In this document: piece after piece, positions 28,863-38,651 of the stretch
Numbering within the stretch: the stretch's first letter is position 1
Layout: each line of letters starts with the position of its first letter
DNA from: an uncultured Nitrososphaerota archaeon
Lineage (GTDB): Archaea; Thermoproteota; Nitrososphaeria; Conexivisphaerales; DTJL01
Reading direction: 5' to 3'
DNA length: 64,000 bases
NCBI GenBank assembly: GCA_963842885.1
Contig: CAWJIE010000005.1
Coordinates: forward strand, 1 to 64,000
The notes under the pieces: generated by a model
Told to the model about the DNA's origin: nothing
The model's database searches: none
What the model saw: the letters and a program-made list of their open reading frames with translations, nothing else
Translations under genes and position numbers: made by a program

Positions 28863-30059
28863 TTGAGCCGCGCAGCTCCTCTCGATGGAATCAGAGTCGT
28901 CGACCTCACCCGGGCACTGGCGGGGCCCTACTGCACGATGATGCTGGCCGACCTAGGCGCCGAAGTGATCAAGGTGGAGGCCCCCGGAGCGGGCGACGAA
29001 TCGCGCTCCTGGGGTCCGCCTTTCGTCAACGGTGAAAGCGCCTATTTCATGAGCATCAACCGCAACAAGAAGAGTCTGGCCCTGGACCTGAAGTCGCCTG
29101 AAGGTCGGCGTGTCCTCCACAGGCTGGCGAAGGATGCGGACGTATTCGTCGAGAACTTCAGGCCCGGGACGGCTGCAAGGCTTGGCGCAGGCTACGCCAC
29201 CTTGAAGAAGCTCAACCCCCGCCTCGTCTACTGCTCTATCTCGGGCTTCGGGCAGACCGGACCCCGCCGCGACATGCCCGGCTACGACATCATCGCGCTC
29301 GCCCTGAGCGGCATGATGAGCATCACGGGAGAGGAGGGGAGGCCCCCCGTCAAGATGGGCGTTCCAGTTTCCGACATAGGAGCGGGGATGTTCGCCGCCT
29401 TCGCCATAGCCGCATCCCTTTTCAAGCGATTCGAGACCGGAACAGGGAGCTACATCGACGTGAGCCTCCTGGAAGGCCAGCTTGCGTGGCTCACTCATCA
29501 GGCCGGGTCGTACTTCGCCACTGGGGAGGTTCCGAAGAGGACGGGGTCGGCCCATTCCTCCATAGCACCATATCAGGCCTTCAAGGCCAGCGACTCCTAC
29601 TTCATCGTGGCCGTCGGGAACGACGCCCAATGGCAAGCCTTCTGCTCCTCCCTTTCTCTTCCGGAGCTGCTGAGCGACCCAAGGTTCGCTACCAACTCTC
29701 AACGCGTAACGAACAGGGAGCTCCTGGAGGCTCACCTCACGGGCATCTTCTCGAAGGGGACGGCTTCCCACTGGATTAGGCTGCTGAACGAAGCTGGCGT
29801 CCCCAGCGCGCCCATAAGCTCGGTCGACGAGGCCCTGTCGGACCGTCAGGTCGCGTCGAGGAGGATGTTAATGGAGATAGAGCATCCCAAATCCGGACGC
29901 ATCAAACAGCTGGGCATCCCCTACCGCGTGAGGGGGTATCGTTTCTCCATTCGGCTACCCCCTCCCCTCCTGGGGCAGCACACCGACGAGGTGTTGCGAA
30001 GCATCGGCTACCTGGCCAAGGAGAGAGCCTCACTGAGAGCGGCCGGTGTCGTAGCCTAG
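28863..30059 (+). CDS. Family III CoA-transferase (CaiB/BaiF)
   Basis: PLDGIRVVDL..AGP, GAEVIKVE, NRNKKS, ENFRPG, GYD (catalytic Asp). Confidence 0.93.
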   Translation: MSRAAPLDGIRVVDLTRALAGPYCTMMLADLGAEVIKVEAPGAGDESRSWGPPFVNGESAYFMSINRNKKSLALDLKSPEGRRVLHRLAKDADVFVENFRPGTAARLGAGYATLKKLNPRLVYCSISGFGQTGPRRDMPGYDIIALALSGMMSITGEEGRPPVKMGVPVSDIGAGMFAAFAIAASLFKRFETGTGSYIDVSLLEGQLAWLTHQAGSYFATGEVPKRTGSAHSSIAPYQAFKASDSYFIVAVGNDAQWQAFCSSLSLPELLSDPRFATNSQRVTNRELLEAHLTGIFSKGTASHWIRLLNEAGVPSAPISSVDEALSDRQVASRRMLMEIEHPKSGRIKQLGIPYRVRGYRFSIRLPPPLLGQHTDEVLRSIGYLAKERASLRAAGVVA

Positions 30060-30167
30060 GCTTGGCCGGCTCCTTCGAGCCGATTTATGGCGTTTTCTCC
30101 ATCAGGGAGAGCCATTCTAGTCATATTTATTAGGGAAAAGGAGCTCAAACGTTCAGTAAAGCTCGGC

Positions 30168-31565
30168 ATGCCCTCCCTCTTGGTAAGAAATGGAACGATC
30201 GCAACCGCGTCCGATGTCTTCCAGGCCGACGTCAAGGCCGAAGATGGAATGATTACGAAGATCGCATTCTCCATCGACGAGCCCGCAGACAGGGTGGTGA
30301 ACGCGCAGGGAATGATAGTCGTGCCGGGAGGGATCGACGGCCACACCCATTTCGAGATGCCATCCAAGGGGACCGTAACGGCTGACGATTTCAGGACGGG
30401 TACCATCTCGGCTGCGGCCGGCGGCATAACCTCCATCATTGATTTCGTGACGCCGTCGGCCGGAGAGAGCCTCAAGGCGGCTCTCGAGAAGAGACGCGAA
30501 AGTGCTTCTTCGAAGGTCCTGGTGGACTACGGCTTCCACATGGTCTACCGTGACTCGACGGTCCAGTCGATGCAGGAGATTAAGGAGATCATAGCGGCGG
30601 GCGTCCCCAGCTTCAAGCTCTTCACGACCTACAAGGTCGACGGGCTGATGCTAGAGGACGGCGAGCTCTTGGAGGTCATGAGGGAGGTTTCGTCGAACGG
30701 AGGACTTGTGGCTGTCCACGCCGAGAACAACGGCATCATTGAACGGAACATCGAGCTGCTCCGCCGGGAAGGCAGGCTCTCGCCCGAGTTCCACCCCCAG
30801 AGTAGGCCGCAAATTGCAGAAGGAGAGGCCGTTCGCAGGATGATCACCTTCGCCGGATACCTCGGTGCCAATCTCTACATCGTCCACCTTTCATCGAAGA
30901 TGGGACGCGAGTCCATCAGGGATGCGCAAAAGGGCGGTCTCCCTGTGTTCGCCGAGACCTGCCCTCACTACCTGGTGTTCAACGATCTTGTCTACAAGCG
31001 CTCTGATGCGAGTCACTACCTGATGAGCCCTCCAATCAGGAGCGAGGAGGACAGGCTCGCCCTCTGGGAGGGGCTTGTTGAAGGTGACGTCAAGACCGTC
31101 GGAAGCGACCATGCCGACTTCAACTCCCAGCAGAAGGCCGCAGGAGGGGACGACTTCACCAGGATCCCCAACGGGGTCCCCGGCACGGAGGTCATCATCC
31201 CCGTGCTCTTTACCGAAGGTGTAGCCAAGAAGCGGCTCTCGATAAACAGGTTCGTCCAGGTCACCTCCACCAACGCGGCGAAGGCCTACAACATCTTCCC
31301 CAAGAAGGGGACCATCGCGGTAGGGAGCGACGCCGACATGGTCATCATCGACCCCGCCTTCAAGGCAAGGCTCACGGCCGACTTCCTCCATGCCAACATC
31401 GACTATTCGATCTATGAGAACTACTTGACCGAAGGTTATCCCATTATGACGATTTCGAGGGGTGAAGTGGTGGTGGAGCAGAACCAGCTTGTGGCTGAGC
31501 AGGGGAGGGGGAGGTTCCTACCTAGGAAGCCCTATCCCGGAAACCGCTCCCCCCTGTTCAACTGA
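30168..31565 (+). CDS. hydA: Dihydropyrimidinase / D-hydantoinase
   Basis: PGGIDGHTH, SFK, VHAEN, VHLS, ETCPHYL, SPP.R, GSDH, IPNG.PG.E. Confidence 0.9.
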   Translation: MPSLLVRNGTIATASDVFQADVKAEDGMITKIAFSIDEPADRVVNAQGMIVVPGGIDGHTHFEMPSKGTVTADDFRTGTISAAAGGITSIIDFVTPSAGESLKAALEKRRESASSKVLVDYGFHMVYRDSTVQSMQEIKEIIAAGVPSFKLFTTYKVDGLMLEDGELLEVMREVSSNGGLVAVHAENNGIIERNIELLRREGRLSPEFHPQSRPQIAEGEAVRRMITFAGYLGANLYIVHLSSKMGRESIRDAQKGGLPVFAETCPHYLVFNDLVYKRSDASHYLMSPPIRSEEDRLALWEGLVEGDVKTVGSDHADFNSQQKAAGGDDFTRIPNGVPGTEVIIPVLFTEGVAKKRLSINRFVQVTSTNAAKAYNIFPKKGTIAVGSDADMVIIDPAFKARLTADFLHANIDYSIYENYLTEGYPIMTISRGEVVVEQNQLVAEQGRGRFLPRKPYPGNRSPLFN

Positions 31566-31645
31566 GCGGAGTTCAACGGCTGAGGAGGCCTGCTGCGGTC
31601 CCGTCGGACGGGGGATAGGCATTTACGTTCCGCTGTCCGCCGGTC

Positions 31646-32098
31646 GTGCTGATGAACAAGGTGGCAGTGGCGGGGATTCTGGTCATCGTCGTCATGGCGG
31701 GCTCGGTCCTGTACTGGTACTACCAGCCCGAGTCCACGGGCACCATTGAGTTCGCCGGCCAGCATTTGACAGTGGACTTGGCCAAGACCCCCAGCCAGTG
31801 GCAGGAAGGCCTGTCTGGGAGAGCTTCGATGCCAGCCGACCACGGGATGCTCTTCGTATTCGACCATCCTGACCTCTGGCAGTTCTGGATGCATGGGATG
31901 GAGTTCCCACTGGACATCATATGGTTCGACGCAAACCGCTCTGTCGTTTACTTTGTTCAGGGACTCCCGACGTGTCTTGCGAACGACTGCCAGACATACT
32001 CCCCGCCGACCGAAGCGTCCTACGCGTTGGAAGTCAACGCTGGCTTTGTCGCCGCCCACAACGTTTCCCTCGGAGACACTTTCTCTCTGACATCATAG
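31646..32098 (+). CDS. DUF192 family protein
   Basis: GLSGR..GMLFVF..FWM..FPLDIIW..LEVNAG. Confidence 0.9.
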   Translation: MLMNKVAVAGILVIVVMAGSVLYWYYQPESTGTIEFAGQHLTVDLAKTPSQWQEGLSGRASMPADHGMLFVFDHPDLWQFWMHGMEFPLDIIWFDANRSVVYFVQGLPTCLANDCQTYSPPTEASYALEVNAGFVAAHNVSLGDTFSLTS

Positions 32099-32286
32099 TC
32101 CGCGCGCTCTGAGGCCCGCCGTCCTCGTCTACCCCCGCCGAACGCGGTACTGTGGGGTGAAGCCGGATGACGTGCCTTCGATCATCGAAGAGCATGCATG
32201 CAAGGGAAGGCCTGTCAACACGCTCGCCTGCCCCGACTGACGGCGGTTTAGGCGGCCGGCGCTGCCCATCCCTTGAGAGCTCAGAG

Positions 32287-32416
32287 TGCGAGGGGTGGGG
32301 TTTGAACCCACGAAGGCCTACGCCAGCGGATCTTAAGTCTGGGCACCCTCCGAACGGGCACCGCCCCCTATGGTCGCTACGGTGCGCCGGCTTTGGCCAG
32401 GCTTGGGTACCCTCGC
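32287..32416 (-). tRNA. tRNA-Leu(TAA) with two non-canonical introns (D-arm about 32369-32392; position 30/31 at 32339-32360)
   Basis: Removing the two inserts gives GCGAGGG..GCGGA-CTTAAGA-TCCGC, long variable arm, GTGGG-TTCAAAC-CCCAC. Intron 2 forms a strict BHB (GGGC/GCCC). Confidence 0.88.
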
Positions 32417-32528
32417 AGCTTTGCCCAAGGGCAAAGTCGTCTATTAAGCGTTTCAGGGACGGCCGCCTTTCACGGCCACTCTCCGAGGTAATGATTTAAA
32501 GGGTGATGCGTAGCCTCCTATTGGAAGC

Positions 32529-32602
32529 GGGCCCGTAGCTCAGCATGGTAGAGCGACCGGCTCATAACCGGTCGGTCAAGGGTTCAAGTCCCTTCGGGCC
32601 CA
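32529..32602 (+). tRNA. tRNA(CAT), most likely tRNA-Ile2 (agmatidine type)
   Basis: Perfect cloverleaf, anticodon CAT; GGGCCC acceptor stem is typical of archaeal Ile rather than Met tRNAs. TTTAAA box at 32495. Confidence 0.9.
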
Positions 32603-32810
32603 TGAAATCTTTCTACTCTTGACCATATTCTTCCATGTTCTTCGTGATCCATTTCTTATCGTGTTGGATGATGTACACACGCCCTGACGGGCCAATCCTC
32701 TGGATCGCTTGCAGTGCAGGAATCCGTTCTTGGGCGAGATTGGTATCCATCTGGAGGCGAATCCCCAACGGTGCGGACTCGATGGTGTTAAGCTGGTGTG
32801 GCAGGAGGGG

Positions 32811-33239
32811 TCAATCGGACTCTGTCTTGAGGAACGACAGCTTGATCTGCAACACGCCTTTCAAGTTCCTGAGGCTCCTTTCAAGGCTTTTCATTTCATC
32901 ATAACGTCCTCTTAGGACCACGATCTTCAAGCAGCGTCTGGTGTCCATATGGATGTGGATGGAGGATGAGATTATCTTCATGCTGTGGTGCTCAAGGTCC
33001 GTCAGGGCGGCGTCTATCCCCCTGGCTTCGTGGTCGTACAATACGAGGAGGGAGCCAGTGATAGGGCTGTCATCTCTTACGGTCTGCGCCTGCTCGGTGA
33101 TGAAATCCCGCATCGTAGCCTGAATTGCCTTTGAGCGGTCTGAGAAACCAGCCCTGTCGGCGGTTTCGTCGAATTTCGTCAGAAGCTCGGGCGGCAGTGA
33201 CAGACTGATCCTCGTCACACCTTCACCTGTATGGGTCAT
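32811..33239 (-). CDS. nikR: Nickel-responsive regulator
   Basis: RISLSL..FSDRSKAI (RHH), YDH, EH, HIHMD..C nickel-site ligands. Confidence 0.9.
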   Translation of the reverse strand: MTHTGEGVTRISLSLPPELLTKFDETADRAGFSDRSKAIQATMRDFITEQAQTVRDDSPITGSLLVLYDHEARGIDAALTDLEHHSMKIISSSIHIHMDTRRCLKIVVLRGRYDEMKSLERSLRNLKGVLQIKLSFLKTESD

Positions 33240-33280
33240 TCCGATTCTGGTATTACTCGCACAGGTCGCCCGCTAATAAA

Positions 33281-33308
33281 GTATTACCAACCCACAATAT
33301 TTTAATAC
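33281..33308. promoter_or_regulatory. NikR operator GTATTA-N16-TAATAC overlapping the cbiM TATA box
   Basis: Perfect 6-16-6 palindrome between divergent nikR and cbiM, with the spacing of the canonical NikR site. A weaker second site lies at 33250-33279. Confidence 0.8.
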
Positions 33309-33330
33309 ACAAAACGTAATCGAGCAGACG

Positions 33331-33999
33331 ATGCACATCCCAGACGGATACCTCGACCCGTCCGTCTGCCTCGTCATGTACGCGGTGTCTGCGGTCTCCC
33401 TTGCTTGGGCTCTCCACAGGATAGGTTCCAGGTCTAGCAGGTCCATGATTCCGACGATCGCTGTCTCGAGCGCGTTCGTCTTCGTCGCCCAGATGTTGAA
33501 CTTCCCCATCGTCAACGGAACCAGCGGCCACCTGGTGGGCGGTACCTTCCTCGCCATGCTCTTGGGTCCCGAAGGCGCGATGGTGGGAATGACGATCGTG
33601 CTCGTAATCGAAGCCTTCCTGTTAGGGGACGGTGGAATCACCACCTTGGGCGCCAACGCGTTCAATATGGCGGTCATCGGCGCCTTTTCGTACTACTTGG
33701 TCTTTCTGCTCGTCGATAGAGGAAGGCTCCGACCTTCTCTCGCCATCTTCATCTCGTCCCTTTCGAGCGTCCTCCTTGGGGCTCTCGCGGCAAGCTTAGA
33801 GCTGGCATCTTCGGCGACTTTCGCCCCATCGGGTAGCTTATGGATCATCCTTTCTTCTATGCTCTTCTACCATGCGATAATAGGCATAGGCGAGGGAGCC
33901 ATAACCACGGCCCTGGTGACCCAGCTCATCAGGACCCATCCTCTCTCGCTTTCGGGTCTGAACGTTATCAGGGGGCTCGTTCATGAAGGGCATACATAA
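33331..33999 (+). CDS. cbiM: ECF Ni/Co transporter S component CbiM/NikM
   Basis: MHIPDGYL N-terminus, GTSGHLVGG, GDGGIT.LGAN, IGIGEG.IT. Confidence 0.93.
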   Translation: MHIPDGYLDPSVCLVMYAVSAVSLAWALHRIGSRSSRSMIPTIAVSSAFVFVAQMLNFPIVNGTSGHLVGGTFLAMLLGPEGAMVGMTIVLVIEAFLLGDGGITTLGANAFNMAVIGAFSYYLVFLLVDRGRLRPSLAIFISSLSSVLLGALAASLELASSATFAPSGSLWIILSSMLFYHAIIGIGEGAITTALVTQLIRTHPLSLSGLNVIRGLVHEGHT

Positions 34000-34279
34000 G
34001 GCCCTCCTCCTGACGGCGCTGACGGCGGCCTTCCTCATTCCCGTCGCCTCTTCTAACCCAGACGGCCTCCAAAGGGTCGCCATCATCTTGGGCGCGCAAG
34101 CCCCTGCGCCTCTGTGGGCGGGCCTCATCCCTCAATCTTCCACCGCATCCCAAATCAGCGCCTACGCGGGAAGGGTCCTGGCAGCCGTTGTGGGCATGCT
34201 CCTCGTTTTTGGGATAGCCTGGCTCGTCGGCTCGGTCCTGTTGAGGAGGAGGTCCGAGCCAGGCTCAAGTCGGAGCTAG
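33983..34279 (+). CDS. PDGLE-domain protein (NikN-like)
   Basis: ASSNPDGLQRVA with two TM helices; overlaps cbiM. Confidence 0.8.
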   Translation: MKGIHKALLLTALTAAFLIPVASSNPDGLQRVAIILGAQAPAPLWAGLIPQSSTASQISAYAGRVLAAVVGMLLVFGIAWLVGSVLLRRRSEPGSSRS

Positions 34280-34547
34280 ACGGGAATCCGATTTCCGGTG
34301 GCTTTGGGTGTCCACGTGACCACGAATCCCCAACGGTGCGGACTTGCTGCTGAGATCGCTGAAGCGCCATCCTTGAGGATATCACTTTTCTTTTCCAGCA
34401 GCAATAGATATCCAAAAAGGACCCATGAAGGCACAATTCCTGTTCATCTAAACTGCAGGTTGGGCAGACTTAACCCTCAATAGGCCGATTTGCACTGAGA
34501 AGAGATATAACCACCCTGGGCGGTTTCGACGACTGAGGGAAGGGGAC

Positions 34548-35201
34548 GTGACGAACGAGCAGCTCTTCAGAGTCCTGTTCTCGGCCCTCTGGATCATCTT
34601 CGTTGTCTGCATAATATGGGCAAGGTACTCGTTGAGGGAGCCGAAGGGCGAGCCGTCCGGTCATCAGACGGTTCGACACGAAAGGTGGTCGTACTTCGTA
34701 GCCCGTGCCTCGCTTGCTCCATTATGGTGGGCGGGAATAATCCTCTACACCATGCTTCCCAGTTGGATAGTGTTTCTCTCGATTCCGTTGCCTGATTGGT
34801 TCAGGTTGATAATGGTCAGCGTAACCGCTCTGAGCATTCCACTTACGCTGTGGGGTTTTCTAACGCTTGGCAAGAACTGGGTTCACGTCCTAGACCCATC
34901 GACGTTCCAACGGAGAAAGACGGCGACACTTGTGACGAGCGGCCCATACCACTATGTCAGACATCCGATGTACTTGGGAGCCTTCGCCTTTCTCTTGGCA
35001 CAAGCTCTTGTGGCAGCCAATTGGCTCATCCTTTTGCCTGCACTTGTCACAATCACGTTATTCTACACCCAGATAGGCAAGGAGGAGACGATGCTCATCG
35101 ATAGGTTCGGCGATGAATACCGTGAATACATGAAGAGAACTCCACGAATCATCCCAAGGTTCGGGCATTTGGCCCGAACAGAAGAACCCAGGCTAACTTG
35201 A
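34548..35201 (+). CDS. Isoprenylcysteine carboxyl methyltransferase family protein
   Basis: LGKNW, LVTSGPY.YVRHPMY, EE.ML..FGDEY.EY...TPR.IP. Confidence 0.9.
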   Translation: MTNEQLFRVLFSALWIIFVVCIIWARYSLREPKGEPSGHQTVRHERWSYFVARASLAPLWWAGIILYTMLPSWIVFLSIPLPDWFRLIMVSVTALSIPLTLWGFLTLGKNWVHVLDPSTFQRRKTATLVTSGPYHYVRHPMYLGAFAFLLAQALVAANWLILLPALVTITLFYTQIGKEETMLIDRFGDEYREYMKRTPRIIPRFGHLARTEEPRLT

Positions 35202-35497
35202 ATGCATGAAAGAATCCCTTGTTTGCCCAAGCTGCAGGTTGGGCAAACCTAGACCCGAATCAGCCCATTCGCAGGTCCAAGCCTACGTCCAGGCAACAAC
35301 TCACTTCTGCCTGTCGTTGCCATCAAATGGGATGACTGGCTCGAAGCGGGCGATGAGAGCTGACATGAGAAGTTCCTCACTCAAGAACTGCAGGAGTTGA
35401 GAAGAGTAAACCCTCGTTCAGATTCGGGCGATGCGGTTACAGAACGTAAGGGACGCTTGAAGAAAAAGAAGAGTTGGGTGAGTCCGCAAAAGGAGAC

Positions 35498-35674
35498 TCA
35501 CTTTTGGGGCTTGTACTTGAGCCTGATCACAGCGATGACCAGCAGCACGACACCTATCACAATTAGGGCGGTGCCCAGACCTGAGCCGCGCAGATGAGTG
35601 CCTTTAATAGTTGCTACTGCCACTCCAGCGATAAATAGGATTATTCCTAACACCGTCAAAATGATGGCATGCAT
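35498..35674 (-). CDS. Small two-TM protein
   Basis: MHAIILTVLGIILFIAG..GLGTALIVIGVVLLVIA. Confidence 0.6.
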   Translation of the reverse strand: MHAIILTVLGIILFIAGVAVATIKGTHLRGSGLGTALIVIGVVLLVIAVIRLKYKPQK

Positions 35675-35925
35675 GTTGCGGTTGTCGGTAGCCTTTACCG
35701 GTTCTGTCAATTGGAAGTCCTTCCCTATTCCGCACCACTTCTCTTCGTATATAAGCTTGTGGCGAATGAGACTAGTCACTGAACTCTTATACAGTCAGAC
35801 CGCTTTTAGCTTTGTAGCGGTGGGATGTATGTGGGATGGGTTTACCCAGCAGCAAAGTCAGACACGAGCCTAGGAGAGCAACATCCTAATCGAAACCTAG
35901 CGTCGTAGGTGGCACGTCTCGCGTT

Positions 35926-35955
35926 CACTTTGCATATTGATTTCAATATGTTAAA
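35926..35955. promoter_or_regulatory. AT-rich palindrome CATATTGA-TT-TCAATATG (core 35933-35950)
   Basis: Perfect 8-bp arms in intergenic DNA. Confidence 0.35.
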
Positions 35956-36487
35956 GATGACTAACCTATTGAAGCATCTAGCCCCGCTGCCTGCAGAAGT
36001 CTCTAAATCATTGTGGCAGGCAAAGTAGAATCCAATCTACTAATGGCAAGGTATCCACATGGAGCCGTATCCATCCAGTTCCGTTGTCGGGCTCCAAAAA
36101 GTTCGATTTATGAACCCAAATGGGCACTCGTCCCTTTGGGCCCACCAATCAAATCCAAACCCTCTTCGTCTTGGCGAAATGAGGCTCGTCGGTATCGCAA
36201 GGGACCCGGAGCTGCTCGGCCGTCGCCACGTCATTCATCAAGCAGACAAAGCCGCAACTCTTTGTGGGCAGAAGCTCAACAGAAGGGATTTCTCCACAAT
36301 CGAGCTTCCATGGTTCGGGCAGGCGACCCGTCCGTCTCTTCCGGGATTCAAACGGCGGCAGTCGGCAAGGGGAAACGTTAGTCCTGGGCGTCGGACCATC
36401 TCCCCAGGATGCCCGTGCAGGACGCCGATGTTTAAGACGTCGTAAACAGAAATGCTTATGTAAGCGTTTTCCCTTCATAGCGTTCAA

Positions 36488-37810
36488 GTGTTAGAATTGG
36501 CGACAGGACAGTATGTAGACATGTGGAAGGGGCTGGGACTGAACCTTGAGAAGCACGACGTACTTCTCAACGCCCTCGGGAAGATCTACGGCGACCTTTT
36601 CCTGACGCAGAAGAACAGGCCAACCGGGATGCAGTACTTCGACTTCGTCATGTCGGAGGTCCACGGCCTGCGAATAAAGGAGCTGGTGGACCGGAAGAAG
36701 GCTGGAAAGAAGATCATAGGCGCCTTCTGCCTCTACGTGCCGGAGGAGCTCGTGTACGCCTCCGATGCGACCATGGTGGGCCTCTGCGGAGGGGCCGACT
36801 TCTCGATCCCGGACGCCGAGGCAGTGCTGCCGAGGAACATCTGCCCCCTCATCAAGTCGTTCTTCGGTTTCAAGGTGGGAGGGACTTGCCCCTACTTCCA
36901 GTCCTGCGACATGGTGGTGGGCGAGACCACCTGCGACGGGAAGAAGAAGGTGTACGAAGTGCTCGAGGACTACACGCCCACCTACGTGATGGAGATACCT
37001 CACAGGGTGGACACGCCCCAGGCGAGGGCGCTCTGGCTGGCCGAGGTGAAGCAGTTCAAGCAGAAGATGGAGGACCTCACGGGCAACGCCATAGAGAAGG
37101 ACGCGCTGAAGGACGCCATCAGGCTGATCAACGCGAAGAGGACGGCCATGAGGCGGGTCAGCGAGACCAGGAGGGCCTCCCCGACGCCGATCAGCGGACT
37201 TGACGGCCTCCTCGTCAACCAGGTGAGCTTCTACGACGACGTGAACAGGTTCACCCAGAAGACCAACGAGCTGGCGGACGAGCTCGAGAAGAGGGTCAAG
37301 GAAGGCGTGGGCGTGGCCGACAAGGACAAGCCAAGGCTGATGTTCTCGGGTTGCCCCATGGCCATCCCCAACTGGAAGCTGCACTCCATCATCGAGTCGA
37401 TGGGCGTGCCCGTGGTGGCGGAGGAGAGCTGCATCGGCTCCAGGTACTTCACGGACCTCGTGGAGCCGAAGGGCGACTCCATGGAGAGCCTCCTCGAGGC
37501 GCTCGTCAACAAGTACTCCAAGATATCGTGCGCCTGCTTCACCCCCAACAAGGAGCGGATCGGCAAGGTGGTCGACATGGCCAAGGAGTTCAACGCCAGC
37601 GGCGTCGTGTACAACGTGCTGCAGTACTGCCACTCCTACAACATCGAAGCCATCAAGGTCGAGAAGGCGCTGAAGGCCGCGGGCGTCCCGATGCTGAAGA
37701 TCGAGACGGACTACGGCTCCGAGGACGTGGAGCAGATCAGGACGAGGGTCGAAGCGTTCACGGAAATGCTGCGCCCCGCAGTGACCGCTCACAAGGGCGC
37801 ATCTCCATGA
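36488..37810 (+). CDS. Double-cubane cluster protein (DCCP)-type member of the 2-hydroxyacyl-CoA dehydratase family
   Basis: W..L.L.LEKHD..L, NRP..M.YFD.V..VHG.R, FCLYVPEE, GLCGG, PRNICPLIKS, CPYF, GETTCDGKKK, EESC, CACFTPN, YCHSY, as I recall the Carboxydothermus DCCP sequence. Confidence 0.85.
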   Translation: MLELATGQYVDMWKGLGLNLEKHDVLLNALGKIYGDLFLTQKNRPTGMQYFDFVMSEVHGLRIKELVDRKKAGKKIIGAFCLYVPEELVYASDATMVGLCGGADFSIPDAEAVLPRNICPLIKSFFGFKVGGTCPYFQSCDMVVGETTCDGKKKVYEVLEDYTPTYVMEIPHRVDTPQARALWLAEVKQFKQKMEDLTGNAIEKDALKDAIRLINAKRTAMRRVSETRRASPTPISGLDGLLVNQVSFYDDVNRFTQKTNELADELEKRVKEGVGVADKDKPRLMFSGCPMAIPNWKLHSIIESMGVPVVAEESCIGSRYFTDLVEPKGDSMESLLEALVNKYSKISCACFTPNKERIGKVVDMAKEFNASGVVYNVLQYCHSYNIEAIKVEKALKAAGVPMLKIETDYGSEDVEQIRTRVEAFTEMLRPAVTAHKGASP

Positions 37811-38651
37811 CAGTGGCAGGAGTGGACATAGGCGCGGTGGCGACGAAGGTCGCCATCCTCGCCGGAGGCCAGCTGAAGGCCTTCCACATCCTGCCCACCG
37901 GCGTGGACGGCAACAGGGCGGCCAGGCGCGCCCTCAAGCTGGCGCTGGTGGAAGCAGGCTGCACTCGGGAGGACGTGGATTTCATCGTCTCGACGGGGTA
38001 CGGCAGGCGGGTCTTCAGCGAGGCGGACAAGACCGTCACGGAGATCACCGCCCACGCGGAAGGGGCGAAGATGGTCTGCCCCAGAGGCGAGGACGATTAT
38101 AGATATCGGCGGGCCAGGACAGCAAGGTGATCAGCCTCAGCGAGGAGGGTCAGGTGGCCAACTTCATGATGAACGACAAGTGCGCGGCGGGCACGGGGAG
38201 GTTCCTGGAAGTCATGTCCAGGGTGCTCCATGTCAGGGTGCGCGACATGGGGGAGCTGGCGCTCAGAAGCGCATCCCCTGCGAAGATCAACAGCATGTGC
38301 ACGGTCTTCTCCGAATCGGAGGTCATCTCGCTGCTGACCAACGGAAGGAGCCGAGAGGACGTCGCCGCGGGGCTCTGCGAATCCATAGGGAGGAGGGTCT
38401 CCTCGATGGTCAGGTACGTGGGCGTCAAGGAGAGGGTGGTGTTCACGGGAGGTGTGGCGAAGAACGTCGGCATGGTCGCAGCGCTTGAGAAGGAACTGAA
38501 GACGAGGCTGCTCATTCCCCCTGAACCACAAATCGTCGGGGCTCTCGGAGCGGCGGTGTTAGCCCAAAAGTCCGTCTCCGAAGGGGAGAAGCCCGCCTTG
38601 GTGAGGGCGAACCAGGCGACGGTGAACGACGGGGGCCAGCGCAGGACGTAG
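37807..38651 (+). CDS. ATP-dependent activator (HgdC/BadFG family, DCCP reductase-like), one frameshift
   Basis: GVDIGA..TK, STGYGR, EITAHA.G, DIGG(QDSK), MNDKCAAGTGRFLE, CTVFSESEVIS, FTGGVA, GALGAA. Confidence 0.9.

Larger units (their letters stand above)
32588..36147. mobile_element. Decayed island integrated at the tRNA-Ile2 3' end
   Basis: tRNA 3' end GTCCCTTCGGGCCCA (32588-32602) recurs as GTCCCTTTGGGCCCA+CCA at 36130-36147; the interior is AT-richer. Confidence 0.6.

Noticed and set aside
32529-32602. tRNA-Met call
   Set aside because: Lacks the initiator A1-U72 and GGG/CCC anticodon stem; the GGGCCC acceptor stem fits archaeal Ile2.
36059-36445. 128-aa ORF as a real gene
   Set aside because: It spans the predicted attR, has no recognisable motif and competes with similar-length ORFs in other frames; the 3' part may be a real small gene but is unsupported.
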